From an uncultured Gemmatimonadales bacterium (GTDB lineage: Bacteria > Gemmatimonadota > Gemmatimonadetes > Gemmatimonadales > GWC2-71-9): a stretch of DNA of 64,000 bases. This document shows, in pieces, positions 1 through 9,075 of the stretch. The stretch lies in contig CAVSLV010000001.1 in the NCBI GenBank assembly GCA_963728915.1, forward strand, positions 1,120,001 to 1,184,000, in the 5' to 3' direction. Position 1 is the stretch's first letter. The number at the start of each line of letters is the position of its first letter. The position numbers and the translations under genes were made by a program. A model generated the notes under the pieces. That model was not told where the DNA came from. It saw only the letters and a program-made list of their open reading frames with translations, and did no database searches.

Positions 1-830
1 GCCGGGCGACCTCTCCGGCCTGGTCGTTTTCGGCGGCGCGCCTGGTATCGCTCCAGATCGGCCACGGTCCTCGCCCCGTCGTGGCGGGCGAGCCGGAGCA
101 GCCGCTGCAACAGCTCCGCGGTGGCGAGGGCATCGCCGGCGGCGCGATGGCGAGCCGGGTTATGAAGATCGAACCGCTCGGTCAGGGCGTCGAGTGCGCA
201 CGATTCCACCCCTTCGACCAGACGCCGGGCCAGCCGCACCGTGCAGAGCCGGGCGCCGTCGAGCCGGAGCGCCCGGGCCCGCCGGAGCTCGGTCTCCACG
301 AACCGCCAGTCGAATCGCGCATTGTGGGCCACGAACACCCGTCCCGCCAGGGTATCCAGCAACCGTTCCGCGATGTCCTCGAAGACCGGGGCATCCCGCA
401 GCATCAGGTTGGTGATCCCGGTGATGCCGGTGACCATGCCGGGCACCGGACGGCCCGGATTGACCAGGCTGTCGAACACCAGCTCCCGCCGCTCGCCCTG
501 GACCAGCACCACCGCGATTTCGATGATCCGGTCGCTGCCCGCCGCGCTTCCTCCGGTCGTCTCGACATCGATGACCGCAAACGCGCACTCCTCGAGCAGG
601 GGCGCTCCGCCGGCGACCGCCACCAGCGCCCAGCGGCCGTCGCTGAGCCGCTGGACCCGGGGATCCGCGCCGAGCAAGGCGACCGCAAGCCGCTCGGCGA
701 TGATATCGGGGGCCTGACCCAGACCGAGGACATGGGCCGCGAGCCATCGGGCCGGCCGGGACTCCAGCGCCAGCGCGCCCAGCGCCCGATCGACCAGGGT
801 GGAATCGGGACGGGCGGCGACCGCGCTCAC
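1..830 (-). CDS. DEDDh 3'-5' exonuclease (DNA polymerase III epsilon-like), 3' end runs off the window
   Basis: Manual translation from GTG at 830 (GTGA overlap with the arcA stop) gives FAVIDVETTG, FVAHNARFD and HRAAGDALAT (ExoI/II/III motifs). No stop before the window edge, so it is missing from the ORF track. Confidence 0.85.
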   Translation of the reverse strand, partial: MSAVAARPDSTLVDRALGALALESRPARWLAAHVLGLGQAPDIIAERLAVALLGADPRVQRLSDGRWALVAVAGGAPLLEECAFAVIDVETTGGSAAGSDRIIEIAVVLVQGERRELVFDSLVNPGRPVPGMVTGITGITNLMLRDAPVFEDIAERLLDTLAGRVFVAHNARFDWRFVETELRRARALRLDGARLCTVRLARRLVEGVESCALDALTERFDLHNPARHRAAGDALATAELLQRLLRLARHDGARTVADLERYQARRRKRPGRRGRP

Positions 831-2068
831 AGGTCTTCCCGCAGGATGGGTAGCGTCATGCAGCGCGCCCCTCCACCGCCTCGCACCAGCTCGCCGCCCT
901 GAATGGTGATGGCGAGCCGCTGGCCGGCCGGTGACGAGGCTGTGCCCTGGGCCCGGCCCTTGAGCTCCGGGCTCCCGACGATCGCGAACCCGGCGGCTTC
1001 CAGTTGATGTAAAGTCTCCTGGTTACGTGCATAGGTGACAATCACCCCCGGGGCGAGCGCCAATGCATTACACCCCGAGGCCCATTGCTCCCGCTCCTGC
1101 GTCAGCCGACGACTTCCCCCCGCCAGCACCGGCTCCATCCCCATCCCCACCTCGGTCAACGCCGTGAAGAGATCCGGCTGCTCCCGCACTGCCGCCTCCC
1201 CCTTCCGGCGGTGCAGAATGGTCAGGCGCTCCGGACCGATAAACGCCGGAGGATAAATCAGACAGAGATCCCGGTCGAGGTGGGTGAACAGCATGTCCAG
1301 GTGAATCGCGGTGGGGCTACCGGGCATCACCACCACGATCACGTCCCGCACCGAGGTTCGATCGAACGCCGCATTGGCAAGCTGGTCCAGCGCCCCCGGC
1401 GAGCTTCGTTCGCTGAACCCGACCAGCAGCAGATCTTCCCGGAGGACGTGGACGTCCCCCCCTTCGAGCGTGTAATTGGCCCGGCGCTCCTCCGACCCAT
1501 CGTAAATGAAGCCGGCGTTGGCCAGGAGCGGATGAAAGGCGAAGAGGGTCTTGATCAGCATCTCCTCCGTCCACCGGCTGCGATACCGCATCGAGCCCAC
1601 CACGACGTGATTCCCCAGGACCATTCCGATGTCCCGGGGAAAGAACAGGTTGGGAAGCGGAGGAAAAACGAATCCGGTCTCGTTCAGGGCGGTCGCAATG
1701 GGACCTGGCTCTTCTTCCGTCCCCTGAATCAGCATCGTGACGATGGTCCGGGGCGGCAGCTCGGCGAGGCGCTGGGCGAGCGGTTCCGACGGCACCACCT
1801 CGAGGGCGCGCCCGATCAGGTATTCCCGCGCCTCGCGCTCCTTCAGAACTTCAGCGAGCAGGTCGGAGATCTCATGGACCCGGGCGAATCCACCGATCAC
1901 CCGGGTGAGCTGGGCGTGCTCCCGGGCTGCGACTTCGAGACCGATCAGATCGTCGTAGAGGTAGTCCTCGCGGTTGCCTGGCGTCACCGCCTCGAGCTCG
2001 AGCCCGGGAGTGTGGACCAGCACTTCCTTGAGCGCGCCGATCTCGGAGGAAACCCTGACCGATGGCAT
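827..2068 (-). CDS. arcA: Arginine deiminase
   Basis: SEIGALKEVLVHTPG, NLFFPRD, EGGD, HLD and GGGARCMT motifs. Confidence 0.9.
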   Translation of the reverse strand: MPSVRVSSEIGALKEVLVHTPGLELEAVTPGNREDYLYDDLIGLEVAAREHAQLTRVIGGFARVHEISDLLAEVLKEREAREYLIGRALEVVPSEPLAQRLAELPPRTIVTMLIQGTEEEPGPIATALNETGFVFPPLPNLFFPRDIGMVLGNHVVVGSMRYRSRWTEEMLIKTLFAFHPLLANAGFIYDGSEERRANYTLEGGDVHVLREDLLLVGFSERSSPGALDQLANAAFDRTSVRDVIVVVMPGSPTAIHLDMLFTHLDRDLCLIYPPAFIGPERLTILHRRKGEAAVREQPDLFTALTEVGMGMEPVLAGGSRRLTQEREQWASGCNALALAPGVIVTYARNQETLHQLEAAGFAIVGSPELKGRAQGTASSPAGQRLAITIQGGELVRGGGGARCMTLPILREDL

Positions 2069-2080
2069 GCCGGAAACTAG

Positions 2081-2704
2081 CTAGACGCGGACCCCCAACG
2101 CATAGGAGAGCGTCTCCAGCTCGAGTACCAGATTGACCGTCTTCACCGCGACGGTCTCGGGAACCGCGAGCTGGACCGGCGCGAAATTGAGGATCGCCGC
2201 CACCCCGCTCTTCACCACCCGGTCGGCCACCGCCTGCGCGGCCTCCGAGGGGGTGACGATCGCAGCGATATCCGCCGGATGCCGCTGCAGATCGCGCTCG
2301 AGATGGGCGATGTCCCGAACGACGAGGCCGGTCCATTCCTTCCCCACCTTTTTCGGATCGCTGTCATACAGAGCCGCGAAGTCGAAGCCCCGTTCCTGGA
2401 ACCCGTGATACTGGACCAGCGCGCTTCCGATCTTCCCCGCCCCGATCACGATCACCCGATAGCGGCGGTTGAGGCCCAGGATGGCCCGGAGCCTGGCGAT
2501 GAGATCAGGGACCGGGTAGCCGAGCCCACGCTTGCCGAAGGAGCCGAAGAAAGAGAGATCCTTCCGAACCTGGGCCGAGGTGGTCCCGCCACGCGCGGCG
2601 AGGGCCGCCGAGCTGGCGGTCGCATCGCCGTGCGCCTCGAACTCCTCCAGAAAGCGGAGGTAGAGGGAGAGCCGTCGGACGGTGGAATCGGCGATCTTGG
2701 GCAC
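2081..2704 (-). CDS. rex: Redox-sensing transcriptional repressor Rex
   Basis: STVRRLSLY, QVRKDLSFFGSFGKRGLGY, GAGKIG, ILNFAP. Confidence 0.95.
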   Translation of the reverse strand: MPKIADSTVRRLSLYLRFLEEFEAHGDATASSAALAARGGTTSAQVRKDLSFFGSFGKRGLGYPVPDLIARLRAILGLNRRYRVIVIGAGKIGSALVQYHGFQERGFDFAALYDSDPKKVGKEWTGLVVRDIAHLERDLQRHPADIAAIVTPSEAAQAVADRVVKSGVAAILNFAPVQLAVPETVAVKTVNLVLELETLSYALGVRV

Positions 2705-2707
2705 AGT

Positions 2708-2725
2708 ATGTGAAAGTTTTCACAA
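2708..2725. promoter_or_regulatory. Rex operator palindrome
   Basis: Minus strand TTGTGAA-AACT-TTCACAT matches TTGTGAA-N4-TTCACAA at 13/14 positions and lies 3 nt from the rex start codon. Confidence 0.85.
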
Positions 2726-2727
2726 AG

Positions 2728-3525
2728 CTAGCCCAGTCGCAGGTCCGCGTCAATCATCGCCCGGTAGAGCCGCACCAGCCCCTCGGGACTTCGGGTTTCG
2801 GGACGCACTTCCGAGGGAATTCCGGCGGCCTGCAGTACCCCCTGCACTCTTTCCGCCGAAGCACCGGTGATCTCCCGCAGGCCACGCACGATCTGTTTCC
2901 GGCGAACTCCGAAGAGCCCGACCACCAGCCGGCGAAATGCCTCGGCGTCCTGGATCGGGACTAGTGGCTGCACCAGGGGGGTAAAGCGCACGACTGCCGA
3001 ATCGACCCGGGGACGCGGGTGAAATGCTCCAGCGGGGACTCGGAACAGTTTTTCGGCCCGGGTGATCGATTGCATCCCCACACTCAGGGCGCCGTAGACC
3101 CGCGATCCCGGCATCGCCACGATCCGGTCGGCGACTTCCTCCTGCACCAGGAAAACAATCCGGGTCGGAAGCGGAGGGAGCAGCGCCCGGGCGAGCAGCG
3201 GGCTGGTCACGTTGTACGGGATGTTCCCGATCAGATACCAGTCTCCGGCCGGGACCATGCCGTGCCAATCCAGCCTGAGCGCATCGCCCCGAATCACTCG
3301 CACCAGGGGGAAGCGTTCCGTCACCATGGTGGCGAGCTCGGTGTCCTTCTCGATGCCCGTCACCAGGAAACCGCGATCCACCAGTACCCGGGTCAGTCCT
3401 CCCTGCCCTGGCCCGATCTCGAGCACCGGCGCTCCGGCGGGGGCTTCGAGCGCATCGACGATCCGCTCCAGGATCGCGCGATGGTGGAGGAAATGCTGAC
3501 CCAGGCGCTTGCGGGGTCGGACCAC
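2728..3525 (-). CDS. rsmA: 16S rRNA adenine dimethyltransferase
   Basis: KRLGQHFL, LEIGPGQG, GNIPYNVT, FHPRPRVDS; start placed at GTG 3525 overlapping the upstream stop. Confidence 0.93.
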   Translation of the reverse strand: MVRPRKRLGQHFLHHRAILERIVDALEAPAGAPVLEIGPGQGGLTRVLVDRGFLVTGIEKDTELATMVTERFPLVRVIRGDALRLDWHGMVPAGDWYLIGNIPYNVTSPLLARALLPPLPTRIVFLVQEEVADRIVAMPGSRVYGALSVGMQSITRAEKLFRVPAGAFHPRPRVDSAVVRFTPLVQPLVPIQDAEAFRRLVVGLFGVRRKQIVRGLREITGASAERVQGVLQAAGIPSEVRPETRSPEGLVRLYRAMIDADLRLG

Positions 3526-4766
3526 TACAGTCGCAGCACCAGGAGGGTACGATCGTCGTGAGGCGCCGGCGCGAATCCATCGACGGCCATCATCACCCGC
3601 GACACGATCACCTCGGCGGGCTCGGCCCTGGAGCCTTCCAGGACCTCGATCAGGCGGCGCTCGCCGAATCGCTCCCCTGACGCAGCCGATGCATCGACCA
3701 GTCCGTCGGTCCACAGGCACAGCAGGTCGCCTTCCCGATCCCAGGGGATCGAGCGGGCCGAGATATCCTCCACCTCACCGAGCCCAAGGGGCGGCGCGGT
3801 GACTTCGAGCCTTTCCGCCGGTCCGGTGCGTGGCACCCGGAACGCGTAGGGATGCCCCGCGCTGGCCCAGGAGAGCAGCCCGCGCTCCGGATCCAGAATC
3901 CCATAGAACACGGTGAGATACGTTTCCGCGAAGGACAGCCGCTCGCCGAGATTCTGATGCAGGCTCCGCAGGGTCACGTCCGGCGAGGCCCCGCTCCCGG
4001 CCTGGATACCCGCAGCGGCCATCACGGCCGCCATGACCAGCGCGGCGGGAAAACCATGGGACGCGACGTCTCCCAGCATCACCGCGATCACGCCGAGACC
4101 GAGCCGGTTGAAGGTGTAGAAGTCCCCTCCCACCGCTTCGGTCGGAATGCACCGGGCCGCCACCTCGGCGTCATTGCGGAGGACCGCGGGCGAGGGCATC
4201 AAGAGACGCTGCAGATCTCGGGCAAGCTTCAGGTCCCGCTCCTGTTCCAGCATGCGGGACAGGGCGATCGCGACGGCGATCTGGTTCGCGGCCGCCGCAA
4301 CGATCTTCTGCTCCGACGCGGAAAAGCGTCCACCTTCCGATCGGGGAGTGAGGGTCAGGACCCCGAGATGCCGGGGGCCGTCGGCCCCTCTGGTGGACCT
4401 GATCGGCACCGAGAGAGACGCCTCGCCGGCCTGGGCGCCATGGCCCCCACTGGATTCCCGTCGAGCCACGACTCGCGGAGCTTCACCCGGCCCATCGGTC
4501 ATGGCGATCAGACCGCCGGAGGCCTGGACCGCTTCTGCGACGGCGGCCAGAATGCTGGCGGCGGCCTCTTCGAACCGTCCGGTGCGCCCCAGGATTTCAG
4601 TGATGGTATAGAGCAGGTCGATTTCTTCGTACCGGCTGGCGAGGTCCTCGGAGAGGAACTCCAGTTGACGCTCCTGATTCTGCAGGTGGTGGGCCAATGC
4701 TCCGAGCAGCCGACGGGCTTCGTCATCCCGTTCGGCGGTGAGGACCTGCTCGAGCCGCGCTAGCAG
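3525..4766 (-). CDS. GAF + PP2C (SpoIIE/RsbU-type) phosphatase; start uncertain
   Basis: VGGDFY, LGDVASHG, SAGHP, TDGLVD, DDRT motifs after a GAF-like region; CTG at 4766 is the most plausible start. Confidence 0.85.
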   Translation of the reverse strand: MLARLEQVLTAERDDEARRLLGALAHHLQNQERQLEFLSEDLASRYEEIDLLYTITEILGRTGRFEEAAASILAAVAEAVQASGGLIAMTDGPGEAPRVVARRESSGGHGAQAGEASLSVPIRSTRGADGPRHLGVLTLTPRSEGGRFSASEQKIVAAAANQIAVAIALSRMLEQERDLKLARDLQRLLMPSPAVLRNDAEVAARCIPTEAVGGDFYTFNRLGLGVIAVMLGDVASHGFPAALVMAAVMAAAGIQAGSGASPDVTLRSLHQNLGERLSFAETYLTVFYGILDPERGLLSWASAGHPYAFRVPRTGPAERLEVTAPPLGLGEVEDISARSIPWDREGDLLCLWTDGLVDASAASGERFGERRLIEVLEGSRAEPAEVIVSRVMMAVDGFAPAPHDDRTLLVLRL

Positions 4767-5233
4767 CGCGCCAGGGTCATCCAGATGGTATTCCCCTGTT
4801 CGTTGAACTCCACCCGGTCGGCGAGGCTGCGAATCAGAAACAGGCCCCGGCCGACCGAACGCCCAAGCCCGTCGGGAAGAGTCGGATCGGGAACCAGCGC
4901 GGGATCGAAGCCGGGTCCGTCGTCGGTGACTTCGACCCGAATCTCTTCCTGGTTGACCCGGGCCTCGACCCGGACGGTGCGATCCGGATTGCCCTCCGCC
5001 CCGAACAGAATGCTGTTGCTGATCGCTTCGGCGAGGAGCACCCGGAGCCGGAAGACGGTGCGGCCTGGAGGAGGAGGTCCTTCGGAGAAGCAATGCTCAG
5101 CCAGGAGCTGGACCGCGGGTTCGACGCACCGCACGTCGGCGGGAATCTCCAGCAGGAAACCAACCTCCCCCGCAAAGCGCGGAGGCTCTCGCCGAACTTC
5201 GAGGGGACCGACGGATCTTCGGGCGCCCTCCAT
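4760..5233 (-). CDS. Anti-sigma factor Ser/Thr kinase (RsbW/SpoIIAB-like)
   Basis: EAISNSILFG, VTDDGPGFD, GRGLFLIRSLAD HATPase motifs. Confidence 0.88.
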   Translation of the reverse strand: MEGARRSVGPLEVRREPPRFAGEVGFLLEIPADVRCVEPAVQLLAEHCFSEGPPPPGRTVFRLRVLLAEAISNSILFGAEGNPDRTVRVEARVNQEEIRVEVTDDGPGFDPALVPDPTLPDGLGRSVGRGLFLIRSLADRVEFNEQGNTIWMTLARC

Positions 5234-5237
5234 CCGC

Positions 5238-5573
5238 TCAGAAGCCCGCGAGGGCTTCGGCCGGGGTTGGTGCGATCGGGAACAGGGTGTCGAGCTTGGT
5301 CAGCTCGAAGAGCGAACGGAGATCCTCATTCAGGCCGGCGATACGAAGATCGCCGCCCATTTCACGAACCTTCTTGGCCAGCGTGACCAGGGCGCCCAGC
5401 CCCGAGGAATCGATGTAGCCGGTCTCGGTGCAGTCGATCAGGAACTTGGTCTCGCCCTGATCCAGTCCTTCCTGGACCAGGGTCTTGAGTTCCTGGCGGT
5501 TGCCCACGATGAGCTGCCCGACGATCCGTACCACCGTCACACCACTCGGGTCGGTCGATTTGACGAATCCCAT
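5238..5573 (-). CDS. STAS-domain anti-sigma factor antagonist (RsbV/SpoIIAA-like)
   Basis: YIDSSGLGALV phospho-Ser motif, FELTKLD. Confidence 0.92.
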   Translation of the reverse strand: MGFVKSTDPSGVTVVRIVGQLIVGNRQELKTLVQEGLDQGETKFLIDCTETGYIDSSGLGALVTLAKKVREMGGDLRIAGLNEDLRSLFELTKLDTLFPIAPTPAEALAGF

Positions 5574-5631
5574 GACGCCTCACTGGATGACAGCGGTCAA
5601 CCCAAGATACTCGGCCTGGGAAGCACGCCCG

Positions 5632-6138
5632 CTACCGGGAACCCGCCGGCCCGAATCGATTTGCCAGCGCGCGGGCCACGCCGGGATGCACCAGGGCCTG
5701 CACGTCCCCTCCGTAGCGGGCCACCTCCCGCACCAGACTGGAGCTTATATAGGACAGGCCTTGCGCGGGGACCAGGAACACGGTTTCCAGCCCAGGGCAG
5801 AGTTGACGATTCATCAGCGCCATCTGGAACTCGTATTCGAAATCTCCCGCCGCCCGAAGTCCCCGCACCAGGAAGGTGGCGCCGACGGTTCGGGCAAAGT
5901 CCGCCACGAGTCCTTCGAACGAGGCAAAGGTCACGGCCGGATCGTCGCCGGCGGCCTGGCAGAGCATGTCGAGCCGCTCGGCCACCGTGAACAGCGGCTC
6001 TTTCGCGACGTTCACCGCGACGGCCACCACCACCCGGTCGGCCATGGCGCGGCTCCGCCGGATCAGGTCCTCGTGACCCCGGGTCGGCGGGTCGAAGGAT
6101 CCAGCATAGAGCGCGGTCCGAACCGGAGGAGCGGTCAT
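5632..6138 (-). CDS. coaD: Phosphopantetheine adenylyltransferase
   Basis: YAGSFDPPTRGH, RGLRAAGDFEYE, ISSSLVREVA; ATG at 6138. Confidence 0.95.
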   Translation of the reverse strand: MTAPPVRTALYAGSFDPPTRGHEDLIRRSRAMADRVVVAVAVNVAKEPLFTVAERLDMLCQAAGDDPAVTFASFEGLVADFARTVGATFLVRGLRAAGDFEYEFQMALMNRQLCPGLETVFLVPAQGLSYISSSLVREVARYGGDVQALVHPGVARALANRFGPAGSR

Positions 6139-6653
6139 GGGGCGTGACAAAAGGTAAGGGCGATATCGCCGTAACGCCGGGTCTCCTCCCCCGGGAAGTT
6201 TGTTTCCGTCGGATGCTCGATGACCAGGAGGCCGGCGAAGGGAGATTTCCGGAACGCCTCGAGCAACCGGGCCGCCAGCGGGAGGGAATAGGGGGGATCG
6301 GCGAAGGCCACATCGAAGGCATCGGGAGCAAGCCGCCGGACGAATCGGAGGGCGTCCCCCCGCCGTACCGTAACCCGGTCCGGGACACCGAGCGCCTCGG
6401 CGTTGGCCCGGATCGCGGCCAGCGCCGGCGGAGAGAGCTCGACCATGGTCACGTGGGCCGCCCCCCTCGAGAGGGCCTCGAATCCCAGGGCACCCGATCC
6501 CGCGAAGAGGTCGAGCACCCGGCTCCCCGGCAGCGATGGAGCCACGATACTCATCCAGGCCTCTCGGATCCGATCGGCGGTGGGACGGACCCGGACATCG
6601 GCGGGCAGCACGAGCCGGCGTCCCCCGAGCTCGCCCGCGATGATGCGGGTCAC
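6135..6653 (-). CDS. rsmD: 16S rRNA m2G966 methyltransferase
   Basis: RIIAG, RPTADRIRE, LDLFAGSGALGFEALSRGA, DPPY. Confidence 0.93.
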   Translation of the reverse strand: MTRIIAGELGGRRLVLPADVRVRPTADRIREAWMSIVAPSLPGSRVLDLFAGSGALGFEALSRGAAHVTMVELSPPALAAIRANAEALGVPDRVTVRRGDALRFVRRLAPDAFDVAFADPPYSLPLAARLLEAFRKSPFAGLLVIEHPTETNFPGEETRRYGDIALTFCHAP

Positions 6654-8359
6654 TCGCGGTGCGGAACGACCGAGAGAACTCGGGCCTGGAGCGAGGGCAC
6701 CCCACGATACTCGTTCTGCTCCAGGCGGAAGGCGGCGTCCACCGGATCATCATTGACCCAGGCGAGCCGGTCCGCCTGCTGAAACGCAATCGCCGAAAGC
6801 CTGCGGTCTTCGTGCTGGAAGGTCCCCCGCAGGTGATTCGCGCCGACCACCTGGCGCCGGGTGAAGCCGACTCCCCGAACGCCGAAGACCGGCGCGGGAT
6901 TGCCCATCCCGCACGGCTCGAGGTGGCGGCACAGCCGTTCCAGCTCTCCCGTGAGCTCGAGCAGAGTGACCTCCAGGTCGATGCGCTGTTCCGGTCCCAG
7001 TTCCCGGGGCTGGAGCTCGGCCGCCGTCACCTGGGCGAAGCGATCCCGAAACGCGTCGAGCTGGCTCCGTCTGATGCTCAGCCCGGCCGCCATCCGGTGG
7101 CCGCCGAAGCGCTCCAGCAAGTCGCCGCACTGCACCAGGGCCCGGTGCAGGTCGAACCGGGAGATGCTCCGCCCGCTCCCCTTCCCGATCTCGCCTTCGA
7201 ACCCGATCAGGAAGGCCGGTCGACCGTAGCGCTCGACCACCCGCGATGCGACGATCCCGACCACCCCCGGGTGCCAGTCGTCGCCGGCCAGGACGATGCC
7301 GGTTCGCCGGTCCAGGTCTCCTTCCGCCTCGATCATGCCGATCGCCTCCTCGAGAATCCGCTGATCGAGATCCTGGCGCTCCTGATTGAGCCGGCTCAGC
7401 CGTTCCGCGAGCACCTGGGCTTCCGCCTCGTCGTCGGTGAGCAAGAGCCGGAGCCCGTCGCTCGCCTCGCCGATGCGTCCAGCGGCATTGAGCCTCGGGG
7501 CCAGGACGAATCCGACCTGGCCGGCCCGCAGCTCGCTTCGTCGTAACCCGCTGCTCGTGATGAGCGCGCGGAGCCCCGGCCACCGGGTGCGCCGGAGCAA
7601 CCGGAGTCCATGTCGCACCAGGATCCGGTTCTCCCCGACCAGCGGGACCACATCGGCGATGGTGGCGAGCGCGACGAAATCCAGCAGATGGTGGGGCAAC
7701 CCGGGGGGCAGCCCGAGCACCGGGACGAGGGCCTGTACCAGTTTGAACGCGAGGCCGGCCCCGCAGAGCACCCGGAGGCCATCGGTATCGGGAGCGCAAT
7801 AGGGATTCACGATCGCCGAAGCCGGGGGCAGCTCCCCTCCGGGCAGGTGGTGATCGGTGATGATGACGCGGATCCCCGCCGCCTCGGCGGCGCGGGTGGT
7901 CTCGACCGCGGTAATCCCGCAATCGCAGGTCACGATCAGGCGGACCCCTTGCTCCATCGCGTGGGCGAGGCCGGCGGGGCCGAAATCGTAGCCGTCGCGA
8001 AGCCGGTGCGGCACGAACGGAATGACCCGGGCGCCGGCCAGGCGAAGGGCACGGGTGAGGATCGCCACCGCAGTCTGCCCATCCACGTCGTAATCGCCGT
8101 GCACCATGATCAGGTGTCCGGCACCAACCGCCTCCGCAATCAGGCGGCACGCGGTGGCGATGGCGGGCAGCGACTGGGGAGGACTCAGGGCTTCCAGGGT
8201 GGGACGGAGAAAGGCCTTGGCCCGGCCGGGATCGTCAAAGCCTCGCTGGACCAGGAGGCGTGCGAGGGCGACCGGGATGTGGAGCGCTTCCGAGAGGCGG
8301 TGCACCACCCCGAGGTCGGCGGGAGATTCCATCACCCATCTGGGCCACAGAGCCGTCAC
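6650..8359 (-). CDS. recJ: ssDNA-specific exonuclease RecJ
   Basis: GDYDVDG, TCDCG, TDHH, PRLNAAGR, GSGRS, GGH motifs; GTG at 8359. Confidence 0.95.
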   Translation of the reverse strand: MTALWPRWVMESPADLGVVHRLSEALHIPVALARLLVQRGFDDPGRAKAFLRPTLEALSPPQSLPAIATACRLIAEAVGAGHLIMVHGDYDVDGQTAVAILTRALRLAGARVIPFVPHRLRDGYDFGPAGLAHAMEQGVRLIVTCDCGITAVETTRAAEAAGIRVIITDHHLPGGELPPASAIVNPYCAPDTDGLRVLCGAGLAFKLVQALVPVLGLPPGLPHHLLDFVALATIADVVPLVGENRILVRHGLRLLRRTRWPGLRALITSSGLRRSELRAGQVGFVLAPRLNAAGRIGEASDGLRLLLTDDEAEAQVLAERLSRLNQERQDLDQRILEEAIGMIEAEGDLDRRTGIVLAGDDWHPGVVGIVASRVVERYGRPAFLIGFEGEIGKGSGRSISRFDLHRALVQCGDLLERFGGHRMAAGLSIRRSQLDAFRDRFAQVTAAELQPRELGPEQRIDLEVTLLELTGELERLCRHLEPCGMGNPAPVFGVRGVGFTRRQVVGANHLRGTFQHEDRRLSAIAFQQADRLAWVNDDPVDAAFRLEQNEYRGVPSLQARVLSVVPHRE

Positions 8360-9069
8360 GCTTCTCCGTTGCGATAATACAGGATGGCACCGCACGCTTC
8401 ACAGGATTCGATCACCGTGCCGGCCCGGATCTGACTGCGCCGGTTGCGGGGCACCGCGGTATTGCAGGCCGCGCAGGCATCGCCCCGGAGGGGAACCACC
8501 ACCACCGCGGTCCGTGCGGTCCAGAGCCGATCGTAGCGCTGGCGGATTCCTCGTTCGATGGTTCCGGCCACCGCATCACGGGCCTCCCGAGCGGCGGTTC
8601 GCTCCGTTTGCACCGCCGCCGCGGCCTCCTCGAGCCGGGCCCGCTCCCCTCCCTGGTCCCCCTCCAGACTCTGGACCCGGTCCTCGGCGTCGCGCACTTC
8701 CTGCTCCTGTTGCTGGACCTGGTCCGCCATCTTCATCCACTCGCTCTCCTGCCGGGCCGCCTCCGCGCGTGCGAGGTCCATTTCCGCCATCAGCGCCTGG
8801 ACTTCCCGTGCGGTGCGCACCTGTTCGATCCGGGCGCGCCGCTGCTCCTGCCGGGCCCGCTGGGTCTCGATCGCGGCCTCGAGCTCGCCCCGGCGGCGGG
8901 TGCTGTCGGCCACCCGAGTGCGCGCCGACTCGATCTCGCCGCGGGCCTGCTCGAGGGCGGCATCGAGCGCCGCCATCTGGTCGAGCAGTGCCTTGAGCCG
9001 AAGATCGGTGTCGAGAAGCTGAAGATCCTTGGACTGGAGATCGAGGAGCCGTTCGATATCAGGGTGCAT
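8356..9069 (-). CDS. Coiled-coil protein with C4 zinc ribbon (DUF164-like)
   Basis: Long coiled coil followed by CAAC...CEACGAILY. Confidence 0.8.
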   Translation of the reverse strand: MHPDIERLLDLQSKDLQLLDTDLRLKALLDQMAALDAALEQARGEIESARTRVADSTRRRGELEAAIETQRARQEQRRARIEQVRTAREVQALMAEMDLARAEAARQESEWMKMADQVQQQEQEVRDAEDRVQSLEGDQGGERARLEEAAAAVQTERTAAREARDAVAGTIERGIRQRYDRLWTARTAVVVVPLRGDACAACNTAVPRNRRSQIRAGTVIESCEACGAILYYRNGEA

Positions 9070-9075
9070 GTCGCC

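Noticed and set aside
730..770. Suspected frameshift in the exonuclease gene
   Set aside because: Re-reading shows one continuous frame from GTG 830; it is absent from the ORF track only because it lacks a stop inside the window.
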